Below, piece after piece: positions 9,908-19,770 of a DNA stretch of 64,000 nt (the stretch's first letter is position 1; each line of letters starts with the position of its first letter). The stretch covers positions 1,171 through 65,170 of the forward strand of contig JBDHIQ010000002.1 of assembly GCA_039587395.1 (NCBI GenBank), written 5' to 3'. Below the pieces are notes generated by a model. The model was not told where the DNA came from and did not search any database. It saw nothing but the letters and a program-made list of their open reading frames with translations. The stretch is from Gemmatimonadota bacterium. GTDB taxonomy: Bacteria > Gemmatimonadota > Gemmatimonadetes > Palauibacterales > Palauibacteraceae. The translations under genes were made by a program, and so were the position numbers.

Positions 9908-10990
9908 GTGCACCACGACGCCCCGCCTTCCGTGCTGGTTGCCATGTCCGGTGGCGTGGACTCCAGTGTCACTGCAGCCATCCTGCGGCAACACGGCCAT
10001 CGAGTTGCCGGCGTGACGATGAAGACGTTCTGCTATAGCGACGTACAGGGGCCCGGCCGGACCTGCTGCGGGCTGGACGGAATTCAGGATGCGCAGGCCG
10101 TGGCCGCCCAGTTGGACTTTCCGCACTACGTGTACGACGTAGAGGAACAGTTCGCCCGTGACGTCATCGATGATTTCGTTGCCGAGTACGCGGCCGGGCG
10201 CACGCCCATTCCATGCGTGCGCTGCAACAGCTACACCAAGTTCCGGGACCTGGTGCGACGTGCGGATCTGCTGGGATGTGATGCCCTGGCGACCGGGCAC
10301 TACGCGCGGGTGCGCCGGGACTCCGGGCAGGCGCGTTTGCACCGGGCCGAGGACGATCGCAAGGATCAGACGTACTTCCTGTGGGGCATGCCGCGCGAGG
10401 TACTGGACCGACTTCTCCTGCCAATCGGCGACATGACCAAGACGGAAGTGCGACAGGTCGCTCGCTCGCTGGGGTTGCGCACGGCGGAGAAGCCAGAGTC
10501 CTTCGAGATCTGCTTCGTACCCGACAATGACTATGCGGGCGTGCTGCGACGGTATCTGGGCGACGACCACCCGGCGCTGACCCGCGGAACGTTTCGACTG
10601 CAGGATGACACCGTGGTTGGCGAACACTCCGGGTACGCGCACTTCACGGTCGGGCAGCGGAAGGGACTCCCCGGCGGCTTTCCCGACCCGATGTTCGTGT
10701 TGGAGATTCGCCCGACGGATCTCACGGTGGTGATCGGCCCGCGCGACGCACTGGCCACCGCCACGTTGCGGGCAGACAAAGCCAACTGGCTTGCGGAGCG
10801 GCCGGAGACGGGCGAGACCGTGGGAGTACGGATTCGCCACGGCGCGCCGATCGTGGAAGGAACTGTCCTCGCTGCCGGGCCGGACCGGTTCAAGCTTGAG
10901 CTGCGGGCCGCTCAGAATGCGGTGACGCCCGGGCAGAGCGCCGTGCTGTATCGGGGATCGGTTGTGGCTGGAGGCGGCGTGATCGCCTGA
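9908..10990 (+). CDS. mnmA: tRNA 2-thiouridine(34) synthase MnmA
   Basis: GTG 9908 in frame with ORF 9425..10990. PP-loop VAMSGGVDSSV, then CNSYTKFRDLV and ATGHYAR motifs. Confidence 0.9.
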   Translation: MHHDAPPSVLVAMSGGVDSSVTAAILRQHGHRVAGVTMKTFCYSDVQGPGRTCCGLDGIQDAQAVAAQLDFPHYVYDVEEQFARDVIDDFVAEYAAGRTPIPCVRCNSYTKFRDLVRRADLLGCDALATGHYARVRRDSGQARLHRAEDDRKDQTYFLWGMPREVLDRLLLPIGDMTKTEVRQVARSLGLRTAEKPESFEICFVPDNDYAGVLRRYLGDDHPALTRGTFRLQDDTVVGEHSGYAHFTVGQRKGLPGGFPDPMFVLEIRPTDLTVVIGPRDALATATLRADKANWLAERPETGETVGVRIRHGAPIVEGTVLAAGPDRFKLELRAAQNAVTPGQSAVLYRGSVVAGGGVIA

Positions 10991-10991
10991 G

Positions 10992-12104
10992 TCAGTGCGG
11001 AATGCCCTCTTTCTCGACCAGCTCCTCGAAGGCCTTCCGTCCGTCTTCGGACAATTCCGGGGTCTCCACCTGGACCCGTACCAACTGGTCGCCGCGCGAC
11101 CCTTCCTTCTCGACGCCGTGTCCCCGGATGCGAAACGTGGTGCCGCTCTGCGTCCCTGCCGGTATGCGAAGCACGACCTTCTTGTTGTCGATGGTGCGCA
11201 CCTTGATCCGGGACCCCAGCATCGCCTGCGCGACGTTGATCGGCACATCGCAGACCAGGTTCATGTCGTCGCGCTCGAAGAAGCGATCCTCCTTGATGCG
11301 AAACTTGATGATGAGATCGCCGGACGGCCCCCCGCCCGGTCCCCGCTCGCCCTGCCCCGACACCCGCAGCTTCGAGCCGCTCTCGACGCCGGATGGGACG
11401 TTGACGCTGATGCTCCGCTTGCTGCGCACCTCTCCCTGTCCGCCGCAGGCCTGACACGGCTGCTCCGGTATCTGGCCCCGTCCCAGACATGCGGGACACG
11501 GGCGGCTGACGGCGAACGAGCCCTGTCCGAACGTCACCATGCCAACCCCCTTGCACTCCGTGCAGCTCTGCAGCTTTGTCCCGGGGGCCGCCCCGGACCC
11601 GTTGCAGGCAGCACACTCTTCCGTGATCGGCACGGTCACGCGGATCTTTCCGCCGCGCGCCGCCGTCTTGAGGGGTATCTCGACCAGGTACTCGACGTTG
11701 TGTCCGCGTGAAGGGCCTGTCTTCTTTCCGGAAGGCTTCTTTCCGAACTCGAAGATCGAGCTGAAGATGTCGCCCAGCCCGCCGCCAATGTCGGAGAGGT
11801 CCTCGAAACGGAAACTCCTACCGCCGCCGGGAGCCCCCGGCGTGCCGCCAGGCCCTCCCATCCCGAGTCCGCCGAGTCCGCCGAACCGCCGGACCTGATC
11901 GTACTGCTTGCGTCGTTTGGCATCCGACAGAACGCGGTGCGCCTCGGAAATCTCCTTGAACCGTTCCGTCGCCCCCGGATTGTCGGGATTCGCGTCCGGA
12001 TGGTACTTCTTGGCGAGCTTGCGGTAAGCCTTCTTTATCTCGTCCGGCGAGGCGTTCTCCGCCACACCGAGGATCCTGTAGTAGTCTTTGGCCCGCGTCG
12101 CCAT
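10992..12104 (-). CDS. dnaJ: molecular chaperone DnaJ
   Basis: J domain with KKYHPD, a G/F-like region, four CxxCxGxG zinc motifs ([32 protein letters not shown]) and C-terminal domains. Confidence 0.95.
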   Translation of the reverse strand: MATRAKDYYRILGVAENASPDEIKKAYRKLAKKYHPDANPDNPGATERFKEISEAHRVLSDAKRRKQYDQVRRFGGLGGLGMGGPGGTPGAPGGGRSFRFEDLSDIGGGLGDIFSSIFEFGKKPSGKKTGPSRGHNVEYLVEIPLKTAARGGKIRVTVPITEECAACNGSGAAPGTKLQSCTECKGVGMVTFGQGSFAVSRPCPACLGRGQIPEQPCQACGGQGEVRSKRSISVNVPSGVESGSKLRVSGQGERGPGGGPSGDLIIKFRIKEDRFFERDDMNLVCDVPINVAQAMLGSRIKVRTIDNKKVVLRIPAGTQSGTTFRIRGHGVEKEGSRGDQLVRVQVETPELSEDGRKAFEELVEKEGIPH

Positions 12105-12112
12105 GGTATGTT

Positions 12113-12829
12113 CTACCGGTCCGCCGAGTCGTCGAAGTCGGTCTCCGAATCGTCCAGCTCCGCTGCCGGACCCGAGCTCACGTCAGCCGGTCCTTCCCCG
12201 ATGGCCGTGCCTTCCAGATTCTTGACGACCACCTGAGCGGGACGCAGGAGCCGGTCTCCGAACCGGTATCCGGTCAGGATGACCTGTGCGACGATGTCGT
12301 CCTCTTCGACACTCGCGGTGGGAATGCTGAGCAGCGCATCGTGTATGTTGGGATCGAACTTCTGCCCCTCGGCATCGATCACTTCGAGACCCGAGTCGCG
12401 CAGCACCTTCAGCAGCTTTCGCTCGACAAGCTCGACACCCTCGTGGAGTGCCTCCACCGTGGTTTGCTCCGGTTCCAGGTCGGCGAACCTGCCCAGGTCG
12501 TCCAGCACCTCCAGCAATCTGCCCGTGAGGTTGCCCTCGGCCCGATCCGCGGACTCGAGCATCTCGCGCCGGGTCCGCTTGCGGTAGTTCTCGAATTCCG
12601 CGGCCAGCCGGAGGTGTCTGTCGCGCAGCTCCGCAAGCTCGATCGCCTCCTCGCGGATCTCCTCCGAGATCGCATCGGCTTCCGGCTCCTCGAGCTCTTC
12701 CAGGCCGGAGTTGAGGTCGCGCAACTCCTCAAAAGCCTGCTCGAGCGTCTCGTCGCTTCCTTCCACCTGTACCTCATCGAGCTCAGGGGCATCCGCCTCC
12801 CGGCTTGGCTTGTTCTGTTTCCTTCTCAT
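12113..12829 (-). CDS. grpE: nucleotide exchange factor GrpE
   Basis: Acidic N-terminus, coiled coil [18 protein letters not shown]-terminal beta domain ([16 protein letters not shown]). Confidence 0.9.
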   Translation of the reverse strand: MRRKQNKPSREADAPELDEVQVEGSDETLEQAFEELRDLNSGLEELEEPEADAISEEIREEAIELAELRDRHLRLAAEFENYRKRTRREMLESADRAEGNLTGRLLEVLDDLGRFADLEPEQTTVEALHEGVELVERKLLKVLRDSGLEVIDAEGQKFDPNIHDALLSIPTASVEEDDIVAQVILTGYRFGDRLLRPAQVVVKNLEGTAIGEGPADVSSGPAAELDDSETDFDDSADR

Positions 12830-12859
12830 CGAGAGCGTCGCTGTTCGAGTCCTGCCAAT

Positions 12860-13369
12860 TCACAGGGCGGGCGATTCTCGCTCCGCCGCTTTCACCGTTT
12901 CCGCCAGCATCCGAAAGGCCTGCTGCACCGTGTCGCGCCGAATCTGATCCCGGTTTCCGGCGAACCGAAAGACCCGGACAGCGTGCAGCGGCCCGTCCAC
13001 GGCGATCCAGACTGTACCGACGGGCTTGTCCTCCGTTCCTCCCGACGGACCGGCAATCCCGGTGACAGCCACGGACCACGTGGTGTCCGCCCTGTGCCGA
13101 ATGCCCGCCGCCATCGCCGACGCCGTCGCCTGCGACACGGCCCCGTGCTCCTCCAGTACCGCCGGACTGACCCCGAGGAGCTCCGTCTTGGCAGCGTCAT
13201 GATAGGTCACCGCGCCGCCCCAGAATACACTCGACGCACCGGACACATCCGTCAGAGCGGCACCCAGCATCCCTCCGGTACAGCTCTCGGCCGTGGACAG
13301 GGATGCGGTCGACCGTCGGAGAAGCTCCAGTAGCTCTGCAGCCTGCGGGGTTGATCGCGTAGGGATCAC
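12860..13369 (-). CDS. CinA C-terminal domain protein (nicotinamide-nucleotide amidohydrolase PncC family)
   Basis: GTG 13369 in frame with ORF 12860..13861. LSTAESCTGG motif plus AVTGIAGPSGG. The start overlaps the pgsA stop as GTGA. Confidence 0.8.
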   Translation of the reverse strand: MIPTRSTPQAAELLELLRRSTASLSTAESCTGGMLGAALTDVSGASSVFWGGAVTYHDAAKTELLGVSPAVLEEHGAVSQATASAMAAGIRHRADTTWSVAVTGIAGPSGGTEDKPVGTVWIAVDGPLHAVRVFRFAGNRDQIRRDTVQQAFRMLAETVKAAERESPAL

Positions 13370-14001
13370 GGCTCTCGACGTGCGAAGATCCGCGAGAACG
13401 TGACCAGGTAGAACAACAGGGACAGCACGGTCAGGAAGAGCGCGGCCGCCAGGAAGACCGTCGTAAACCAGGCATGCACCTGGGTGAACAGATCCCAGAA
13501 CCAGCCACTCGGCTCCTCCGGGCCGAGCGAACGGAACGCCACCCAGAGGATCGCCGCGCCGATGAAGATGTTCTGTGCAACCGCTTTGCGCTTGCCGATG
13601 CCTCGTGCCGGGACCACCTCGCCTTGCCGTGCGGCGGCGAACCGGAGCACGGTGATCAGCGCCTCGCGGCCCAGGAACACGATCACGGCCCAGAGCGGGA
13701 TGATACCGAACAGGGGCAGTCCCGCCAGCGCTGCGTCGCCGGCCGTGAGCACGTGCAGTGGAATCACCGTGCAGACCAGCAGCAGCTTGTCCGCGATGGG
13801 ATCCACGAGCTTGCCGAACGTGGTGACCTGACCGCGGCTGCGAGCCAGATAGCCGTCCCACAGATCGGATACGGCAGCCACGACGAACAGCACGAACGCC
13901 GCCAGCCTGAGATCCGCCCTGGGTTGAAGAATGAGCCAGGCCGTCAGCGGCGAGGCCATCACCCTGGCCGAAGTAATGAGATTCGGGAGATTCCTCGTCA
14001 C
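13366..14001 (-). CDS. pgsA: CDP-diacylglycerol--glycerol-3-phosphate 3-phosphatidyltransferase
   Basis: CDP-alcohol phosphatidyltransferase motif DLWDGYLARSRGQVTTFGKLVDPIADK. Multi-pass membrane protein. Confidence 0.85.
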   Translation of the reverse strand: MTRNLPNLITSARVMASPLTAWLILQPRADLRLAAFVLFVVAAVSDLWDGYLARSRGQVTTFGKLVDPIADKLLLVCTVIPLHVLTAGDAALAGLPLFGIIPLWAVIVFLGREALITVLRFAAARQGEVVPARGIGKRKAVAQNIFIGAAILWVAFRSLGPEEPSGWFWDLFTQVHAWFTTVFLAAALFLTVLSLLFYLVTFSRIFARREP

Positions 14002-14064
14002 CGGGAAGGCTCCGCTTCAGACTCTGGATCCGGCAGGTTGTGCAGAGGGTCCGGGAAGCACCTG

Positions 14065-14400
14065 CTATGCGCCATCGCCGGCCGCCGCGAGGCTTGCCTC
14101 CATCTGCTGCAGGACGGCTGCGGCTCGCTTTCTGAGCAACGGCCGTTCCTCCCAGGCCAGGAAGTCGCGCAGCAGCATGACGTTGTCCACCTGCGGATGT
14201 GATCTGAGATAGCCCAGGGCCGCCAGTCTGCGAAGGGGGTGTGGGCTGAACAGATCTCGCTGGTGACGCACCATCTGATCTCTGGCGAGGAACAGTCCAA
14301 GTGCGGCCGCGGCCGCGGCGCCGACGAGAGCGACCCCCGCCAGCTTGACGATGGTCCCCAGTCGTTCGTTCTCGTCCGAGTACGAAATCCGTACCGTCAT
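14065..14400 (-). CDS. hypothetical membrane-anchored protein
   Basis: 111 aa, one TM (LAGVALVGAAAAAALGLFLA) and a helical C-terminal part. Abuts the recR stop (14401). No family recognised. Confidence 0.5.
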   Translation of the reverse strand: MTVRISYSDENERLGTIVKLAGVALVGAAAAAALGLFLARDQMVRHQRDLFSPHPLRRLAALGYLRSHPQVDNVMLLRDFLAWEERPLLRKRAAAVLQQMEASLAAAGDGA

Positions 14401-14988
14401 CTACATTTCCTGTCGGCCTGAGAAGGCCTCGGCAATCGTAACTCCATCAGCATACTCGAGGTCGCCCCCAACGGGCAATCCGCGTGCCAACCTGGTCACC
14501 CGCAGGCCGCGCAGCTCTCCGACCAGCCGGTGGATGTAGGTGGCTGTCGCCTCGCCCTCGACGCTGGGGTTGGTGGCTATGATAAGTTCCTGCACCCCGC
14601 CCTGCAGCCGCTCGAGCAAATCCCGCAGGTTGAGGTCGTCCGGACCGATTCCGTCCAGTGGCGAGAGCCGGCCGCCTAGCACATGATACAGGCCGCCGAA
14701 GTTGCCCGACTTCTCGATGGCCGGAATGTCCGAGGCCTCCTCGACCACGCACAACTGGCCCGTGTCCCGGCGCGGATTCTGGCAGAAGCTGCAGGGATCG
14801 GTATCACCCAGATTCCCGCACGTCCGGCACACCCGCACCTGGTCGGTGACACGCTCGATCGCACGGGCCAGCCTCAGGGAGTCCTCGCGGGAGGCCTTCA
14901 GCAGGAAGTAGGTCAGCCGCTGCGCCGTCTTTCGCCCTATGCCCGGGAGACGGCCAAACTCGTCTACCAGAGTCTCGATGGCGCTCAT
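14401..14988 (-). CDS. recR: recombination protein RecR
   Basis: HhH N-terminus (LPGIGRKTAQRL), C4 zinc finger CRTCGNLGDTDPCSFC, Toprim domain. Confidence 0.95.
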   Translation of the reverse strand: MSAIETLVDEFGRLPGIGRKTAQRLTYFLLKASREDSLRLARAIERVTDQVRVCRTCGNLGDTDPCSFCQNPRRDTGQLCVVEEASDIPAIEKSGNFGGLYHVLGGRLSPLDGIGPDDLNLRDLLERLQGGVQELIIATNPSVEGEATATYIHRLVGELRGLRVTRLARGLPVGGDLEYADGVTIAEAFSGRQEM

Positions 14989-15010
14989 GGGTTCCTTGCC
15001 GCCGCGCGGC

Positions 15011-15346
15011 TCAACCTCCCAGCAGGCCGGGGATGTTCGGCAAGGGAAGACCGCCCGTGGCCTGCTTCATCTCCTCCTCGAGCATCTCGCGAGCCCGGCG
15101 TTGCACTTCGGAGACGGCCGCCTGGACCAGATCTTCCAGCATCTCTACGTCCTCCGGGTCCACGACCGCAGGATCCAGCTTGATCCGCACGACGTGCCCA
15201 CGGCCATCGGCCGTCACCTCTACCATCCCGCCGCCGCTCTGCGCCGTGATGCTCTCCTTCTCGAGACGCTTCTGCAGGTCGCTCATACGCGTCTGCATTT
15301 GCTGTCCCAGCTGGAAGAGCTGCTGCAAGTTATCGAAATTCTCCAC
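15011..15346 (-). CDS. ybaB: YbaB/EbfC family nucleoid-associated protein
   Basis: About 110 aa with QQLQ.MQ..M pattern and GGGMVEVTADGRG. Classic dnaX-ybaB-recR position. Confidence 0.9.
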   Translation of the reverse strand: MENFDNLQQLFQLGQQMQTRMSDLQKRLEKESITAQSGGGMVEVTADGRGHVVRIKLDPAVVDPEDVEMLEDLVQAAVSEVQRRAREMLEEEMKQATGGLPLPNIPGLLGG

Positions 15347-15350
15347 TCAC

Positions 15351-17171
15351 TCACTCCTTCAGTGTCAGGTCCAGCTTTTCTACCGCTTCCTTCAACTGGG
15401 GATCCCTGTCCATCAGCTGCGACAGGCGCTGGTTCTTCGCGTCTTCGGCCGTCAGCCGCCGCTGCGATCCGGCCTCGGCCGCGTGAAACGTCAGCGTGTC
15501 AGGATCAAGACGGAGCTCGGACGCGAATCGCTCTCGCAGCGGCTTGCTTCGGTTCGCATCGGAGAAAAACGCCTGCAAGTCCTCCGCCAGCCCCTGCGGC
15601 ACGTGCAACGTCAGCGCACCGTTCTCCAGACTCGCGACCCGCGCACCTCTCAGTGCGACGATCTGACCGCCAGTTCCCGGCGTGGCCGCCAGAGCCGCCT
15701 GCCATGCGTCGCGAACCGTCGCCGAATCCTCGGAATCAGAAGCAGCCGACGAAGCCGGCGGCGGCTCCAGGGCCCGTGTCGCTGGGCCGTCCGAAGCCGG
15801 CACGGCGGACTCGACCGCCGGCGTCGCGCGTTCTGCGGCCGTCCGTGGCGTGGCTGACTCCTTGGCGGCCGCCGGTGGCGCGGCTGGCTCCGTGGCGGCC
15901 GGTGGCGTGGCTGACTCCGCTGATGCTCCGGGTGTGGCCGCCGTGCCCGCGCCGGCAGATTGGAGCGCCGGCGTGGCCCGGGAGCGCGGCGTGGGATTGT
16001 CAGGCGGCGGCTGCCAGTCCGGTTCACCGCCGGCAGCGGCGAGCAGCTCTTCGATGCTCACGGAAGAATCAAGACTGGCCAGCCTGAGAAGCAGGACTTC
16101 CAGCTGAATCCGCTGCTGGGAGCTTCGCTGGAAGCGTCCGGAGGTCTCGAAATCGCTGACGGCAATCAGCTGGCGGAGCAGATCGGTGTCGCGGAACAAA
16201 GCCGCAACTTCCTGGAATCGCTGGCGCGACTCCGGAAGAAGGTCTATCGCACCGCTTTCCGGGTCTGCACTGACGATCAACAGGATTCGCAGGGCGTCCG
16301 CGAGTCCTTTCACGAACTCCGATGGATCGAAGCCCGCGTCCAGAAGATCCTGCACGTACGGGAACACGGCGCCGCGATCACGGCGCCGGACAATGTCGAA
16401 GAACTGGAAGTAGCGCTCCTCCTCGACCAGACCGAGCATTCTCCGCACATCATCCGAGCTCACGCGATCCGCCGAGAACGAGAGGACCTGGTCGAGGAGC
16501 GAGAGGGCATCTCGCATTCCACCATCCGCGCGCCGGGCGATGGACAGCAGGGCCTCATCGTCCGATTCGACATCCTCCAGCTCCAGGACTTCGCGGAGCC
16601 GGCCCACGATGTCCGGTACCGCAAGGCGCCGGAAATCGAACCGCTGACAGCGCGACAGAACCGGAGCCGCCCCCTGTTCGATCTTCTGGGGTTCCGTTGT
16701 CGCGAACACGAAGATGACCCTGGGCGGTGGCTCTTCCAGGATCTTGAGCAGCGTGTTCCACGCCTCGCGCGTGAGCATGTGCGCCTCATCGAGGATGTAC
16801 ACCTTGAAGCGCTCATCGCTGGTCGGCGCGTACATGGCCCGCTCCCGGAGGTCGCGGGCGTCGTCCACCCCTCTATGACTCGCCGCGTCGATCTCCACGA
16901 CGTCCAGCGACGCCTGGCCGGACCAGATCCGGTTACACGACTCGCATTCGCCGCATGGCTCGCCGGCCCGACGTTCCGGGCAGTTGAGGGCCATGGCCAG
17001 GATCCTGGCCGCGCTGGTCTTCCCGATTCCACGCGGGCCGCAGAACAGATAGGCGTGTCCGACGCGCCCGCCTTCGACTGCGGCCGCCAGGGTGGCTGCC
17101 ACGTGACTCTGTCCCACCAGCTCCGCGAACCGTCGGGAGCGGTGCGTTCTTGCTAAGGCCGTGCGATACAT
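15351..17171 (-). CDS. dnaX: DNA polymerase III subunit gamma/tau
   Basis: Walker A GPRGIGKTSAARILA, zinc module CGECESC, box DEAHML, SRC motif, then a Pro/Ala/Thr-rich linker and a C-terminal tau-like domain. Confidence 0.95.
   Translation of the reverse strand: MYRTALARTHRSRRFAELVGQSHVAATLAAAVEGGRVGHAYLFCGPRGIGKTSAARILAMALNCPERRAGEPCGECESCNRIWSGQASLDVVEIDAASHRGVDDARDLRERAMYAPTSDERFKVYILDEAHMLTREAWNTLLKILEEPPPRVIFVFATTEPQKIEQGAAPVLSRCQRFDFRRLAVPDIVGRLREVLELEDVESDDEALLSIARRADGGMRDALSLLDQVLSFSADRVSSDDVRRMLGLVEEERYFQFFDIVRRRDRGAVFPYVQDLLDAGFDPSEFVKGLADALRILLIVSADPESGAIDLLPESRQRFQEVAALFRDTDLLRQLIAVSDFETSGRFQRSSQQRIQLEVLLLRLASLDSSVSIEELLAAAGGEPDWQPPPDNPTPRSRATPALQSAGAGTAATPGASAESATPPAATEPAAPPAAAKESATPRTAAERATPAVESAVPASDGPATRALEPPPASSAASDSEDSATVRDAWQAALAATPGTGGQIVALRGARVASLENGALTLHVPQGLAEDLQAFFSDANRSKPLRERFASELRLDPDTLTFHAAEAGSQRRLTAEDAKNQRLSQLMDRDPQLKEAVEKLDLTLKE
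15845..15918 (-). repeat. imperfect 27-30 bp tandem repeats inside the dnaX linker
   Basis: GTGGCGTGGCTGACTCC occurs at 15845-15861 and 15902-15918, with a diverged copy (GGTGGCGCGGCTGGCTCC) at 15874-15891. Encodes repeated ESATP/EPAAP-type linker units. Confidence 0.7.
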
Positions 17172-17259
17172 GGAAGTACGGAAGCCAAGACAGCCATTCG
17201 GCCGTGTGAATAGCGGACCATCTACCCCGTGCGCCCCGCCTCGCGGCGGGGGGGCCGGG

Positions 17260-17370
17260 CAAGAAATCGCCCCAGGCTGGCCGTGGCGATCATCACACGC
17301 TTACCGCTGCTACCTTCACGGTCCTCACGGGGTTCACGCGCTCCAACCCCACGGGCCTGGGGCGATCACC
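17260..17370 (-). ncRNA. ffs: signal recognition particle RNA (small bacterial 4.5S type)
   Basis: Minus strand reads GAUCGCCCCAGGC...GUGAGGACCGUGAAGGUAGCAGCGGUAAGC...GCCUGGGGCGAUU. The domain IV core (AGGaCCG-GNRA-AGGuAGCAGC) matches the E. coli AGGUCCGGAAGGAAGCAGC motif. The 5' and 3' ends pair for about 12 bp. Lies upstream of dnaX, as in many bacteria. Confidence 0.8.
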
Positions 17371-17400
17371 ATGATAGCCCGCGCGGGCATCCCGGGTCAA
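17371..17400 (-). promoter_or_regulatory. sigma70-type promoter of the SRP RNA gene
   Basis: Minus strand TTGACC (17400-17395), 18 nt spacer, TATCAT (17376-17371), immediately upstream of the paired 5' end of the RNA. Confidence 0.5.
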
Positions 17401-17419
17401 CTTAATCGGCCCGCTGCGG

Positions 17420-17791
17420 CTAGCAGTCGTCTCCCGTAAACGCGTCGGTGATGTGGACCAGTGTGGGCGGCCGATGCGGATGCATGACGATCCCCACCAC
17501 GTCGAAGCGAAACTCATGCCCGGTTCCCGGATGCGCGTGAATCCAGGCCTCCGCGGCCCCGCGCAACCGCCGCCGCTGCGCCCGGGTCACCGACTCCGTG
17601 GGAGATTGCGGTCCGTGGCGGCGCGTCTTCACCTCCACGAAGGCCACTACGGCGCCGTCCCGGACGACCAGATCCAGCTCCCGACGGCCGGACCGCCAGT
17701 TGCGTGACAGGACTTCCAGACCGGCACGTTCGAGGAACTGCGCCGCCAGCTGCTCGCCGGAGCGGCCCAGGCGGAGAGTGCTCTCCGTCAT
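17420..17791 (-). CDS. yraN: YraN family endonuclease-like protein (UPF0102)
   Basis: GEQLAAQFLERAGLEVLSRNWR..RELDLVVRDG..VAFVEVKTR pattern of the YraN/UPF0102 family. Confidence 0.8.
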   Translation of the reverse strand: MTESTLRLGRSGEQLAAQFLERAGLEVLSRNWRSGRRELDLVVRDGAVVAFVEVKTRRHGPQSPTESVTRAQRRRLRGAAEAWIHAHPGTGHEFRFDVVGIVMHPHRPPTLVHITDAFTGDDC

Positions 17792-17828
17792 CCTCCGTGA
17801 TGCCAGGAAGGAAGGGATTCTGTCACGC

Positions 17829-18878
17829 TCACTCGACCAGACGCAGCGCCTCGGGCAGCTCGGCGATGGTCCGCCCGATCCCGGCCGCGATGGTTCGGCA
17901 CTCCTGTGCCAGCTGCTCGAACTCTTCGAAAGTGAGAGACTGTGCTCCGTCGGACGCGGCGTGCGGCGGGTCCGGATGAACCTCCACCATCACCCCGTCG
18001 GCGCCCGCAGCCACGGCGGCCCGCGCCATTGGACACACCTTCCGTCGTGCGCCGGTCCCATGACTCGGATCGGCGATGATCGGGAGGTGCGACATCTCCT
18101 GGACGCTGACGATGGCCGTGAGATCCAGCAGGTTTCGGGCATGATCGTCGAAGCTGCGCACGCCCCGCTCGCACAGGATCACGCGGGGCTCGCCCTCTGC
18201 GACGATGTACTCGGCGGCCAGCAGGAGCTCCCGGACAGTCGCCGCCATCCCGCGTTTGAGAAGCACGGGCTTTCCGGCGCGCCCGGCGGCCCGCAGCAGC
18301 GAGTAGTTCTGCATGTTTCGTGCACCGATCTGTATGATGTCGGCGTACTCCGCTACCAGCTCGGCGCCAGCCGGATCCAGCGCTTCGGTCACGATGGCCA
18401 GACCGGTCTCCTGCCTCGCCATGGCGAGAAGCCGCAGCCCCTCCTCCCCCAAACCCTGGAACGAATAGGGCGACGTACGGGGCTTGAAGGCGCCGCCTCT
18501 CAGCACGGTGGCGCCGGATGCGGCAACGCTCCGCGCCGTCTCCAGAATCTGCTCCTCGGACTCTACGGCACACGGCCCGGCCATGATGACGACATCGGTC
18601 CCCCCGATGTTCACCCCGTTGGCCAGCTCGATCACCGTGTCGTCTGGCCACCACTCGCGGCTCACCTGCTTGTAGGGCTGCGAGACATGGATGACCTGGA
18701 GCACCCCGTCCAGCGACACCAGCTGGCCAGCATCCACCCGGCCGTCGTTCCCGATCAGTCCTACGGCGGTTCGTTGCCGGCCCGGCATGGGTCGCGCCCG
18801 ATACCCAAGGCTCTCTATCGTCCGCACGACCTCATCGATCTGTGCCTCTGTGGCACCGTGCTTCATGACTATGAGCAT
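17829..18878 (-). CDS. aroF: 3-deoxy-7-phosphoheptulonate (DAHP) synthase, type I-beta with N-terminal ferredoxin-like regulatory domain
   Basis: N-terminal MLIVMKHGATEAQIDEVV regulatory domain, then GPCAVES, AFKPRTSPYSFQGLG, KRG and ADPSH motifs. Confidence 0.9.
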   Translation of the reverse strand: MLIVMKHGATEAQIDEVVRTIESLGYRARPMPGRQRTAVGLIGNDGRVDAGQLVSLDGVLQVIHVSQPYKQVSREWWPDDTVIELANGVNIGGTDVVIMAGPCAVESEEQILETARSVAASGATVLRGGAFKPRTSPYSFQGLGEEGLRLLAMARQETGLAIVTEALDPAGAELVAEYADIIQIGARNMQNYSLLRAAGRAGKPVLLKRGMAATVRELLLAAEYIVAEGEPRVILCERGVRSFDDHARNLLDLTAIVSVQEMSHLPIIADPSHGTGARRKVCPMARAAVAAGADGVMVEVHPDPPHAASDGAQSLTFEEFEQLAQECRTIAAGIGRTIAELPEALRLVE

Positions 18879-18971
18879 GAGATCAAATCGCCTCTGATCG
18901 TGCCGTCGTTTGCAGGCCCCCGACCGTCGAGAGCACAGAGTAGGGAATAGTCGACGGCTGTCACCGTGCCG

Positions 18972-19769
18972 TCAACGCCGGGCTGGCTGTCCGGCACCGG
19001 GCTCGTAGACCTGGCCGTCTGTCGCCAGATCGATCCTGCCCGCGGTGTAACCGGCGGCCCTGACCAGCGCCGGCACATCGTCCGTGGTCCGGAAGTGAGG
19101 ATAGATATGGGTGAGGATCAGGATCTCCGGCCTGGCCGTCCCGGCGATGCGCGCGACGCGGGAGGGAGACAGGTGGTTGTCTCCCACCTGGTCATCAGGC
19201 AGCGAGCACTCGCAGATCAGGGTATGCACCCCTTCCATGAACCCACCAAGCTGGTCGCTGGGTCCCGTGTCGCCGGTGTAGCCCACCGCGGCGTCCGCGC
19301 CATCCAGCCGGACCGCAAGACTCTCCGCTGTGTGTGGCGTGTCGTGCGCCGACAGGGTGGCACCGGACGACAGTGGCTGCGGGGTTTCCGGATGCAACTC
19401 GTGGATGCGAACAGGAAAGCCGGGCTCGACGAAGAACGAGCCGAGCGCGGCGGCCAGCCGTGCAAACAGATCTGCCGTTCCCGCTGGTCCCCAGACATCC
19501 AGCGGCTCCCTGGTGCGGGGTGGCATCCGGCCGTGTTGCAGCGCGAAGAACAGACCGGGAAGCGCGCCAACGTGATCCGAGTGGAAGTGCGTGATGACCA
19601 GGTCGGTCAGACCGGCCCACGGGAGGCCGTGGCGGGCGAGCGATTGCACCGCGCCAGGACCGCAGTCCATGAGGATCCGCGAGTCCCCCAGCTCCAGGTA
19701 GTAGCTGGCCCCCCCCCGGTCTCCCTCGGGCACGACGGTTCCGCTTCCGACAACGACCAATCGGGCCAT
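18972..19769 (-). CDS. MBL-fold metallo-hydrolase (RNase Z/ElaC-like)
   Basis: Start taken at ATG 19769 (MARLVVVGSG...), one base after the smc stop. HFHSDHVG metal motif. Confidence 0.75.
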   Translation of the reverse strand: MARLVVVGSGTVVPEGDRGGASYYLELGDSRILMDCGPGAVQSLARHGLPWAGLTDLVITHFHSDHVGALPGLFFALQHGRMPPRTREPLDVWGPAGTADLFARLAAALGSFFVEPGFPVRIHELHPETPQPLSSGATLSAHDTPHTAESLAVRLDGADAAVGYTGDTGPSDQLGGFMEGVHTLICECSLPDDQVGDNHLSPSRVARIAGTARPEILILTHIYPHFRTTDDVPALVRAAGYTAGRIDLATDGQVYEPGAGQPARR

Positions 19770-19770
19770 C

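Noticed and set aside
10988-10994. Convergent genes with essentially no spacer (mnmA/dnaJ stops 1 nt apart; also the PQQ-dehydrogenase and thioredoxin-domain genes overlapping by 16 bp at 36828-36843)
   Set aside because: This is real, but common in compact GC-rich genomes. There is no associated structure or repeat to suggest a specific element.
14939-17156. Plus-strand ORFs of 382 and 398 aa antisense to dnaX, ybaB and recR
   Set aside because: Pro/Arg-rich, non-protein-like translations. The opposite strand encodes unmistakable DnaX, YbaB and RecR.
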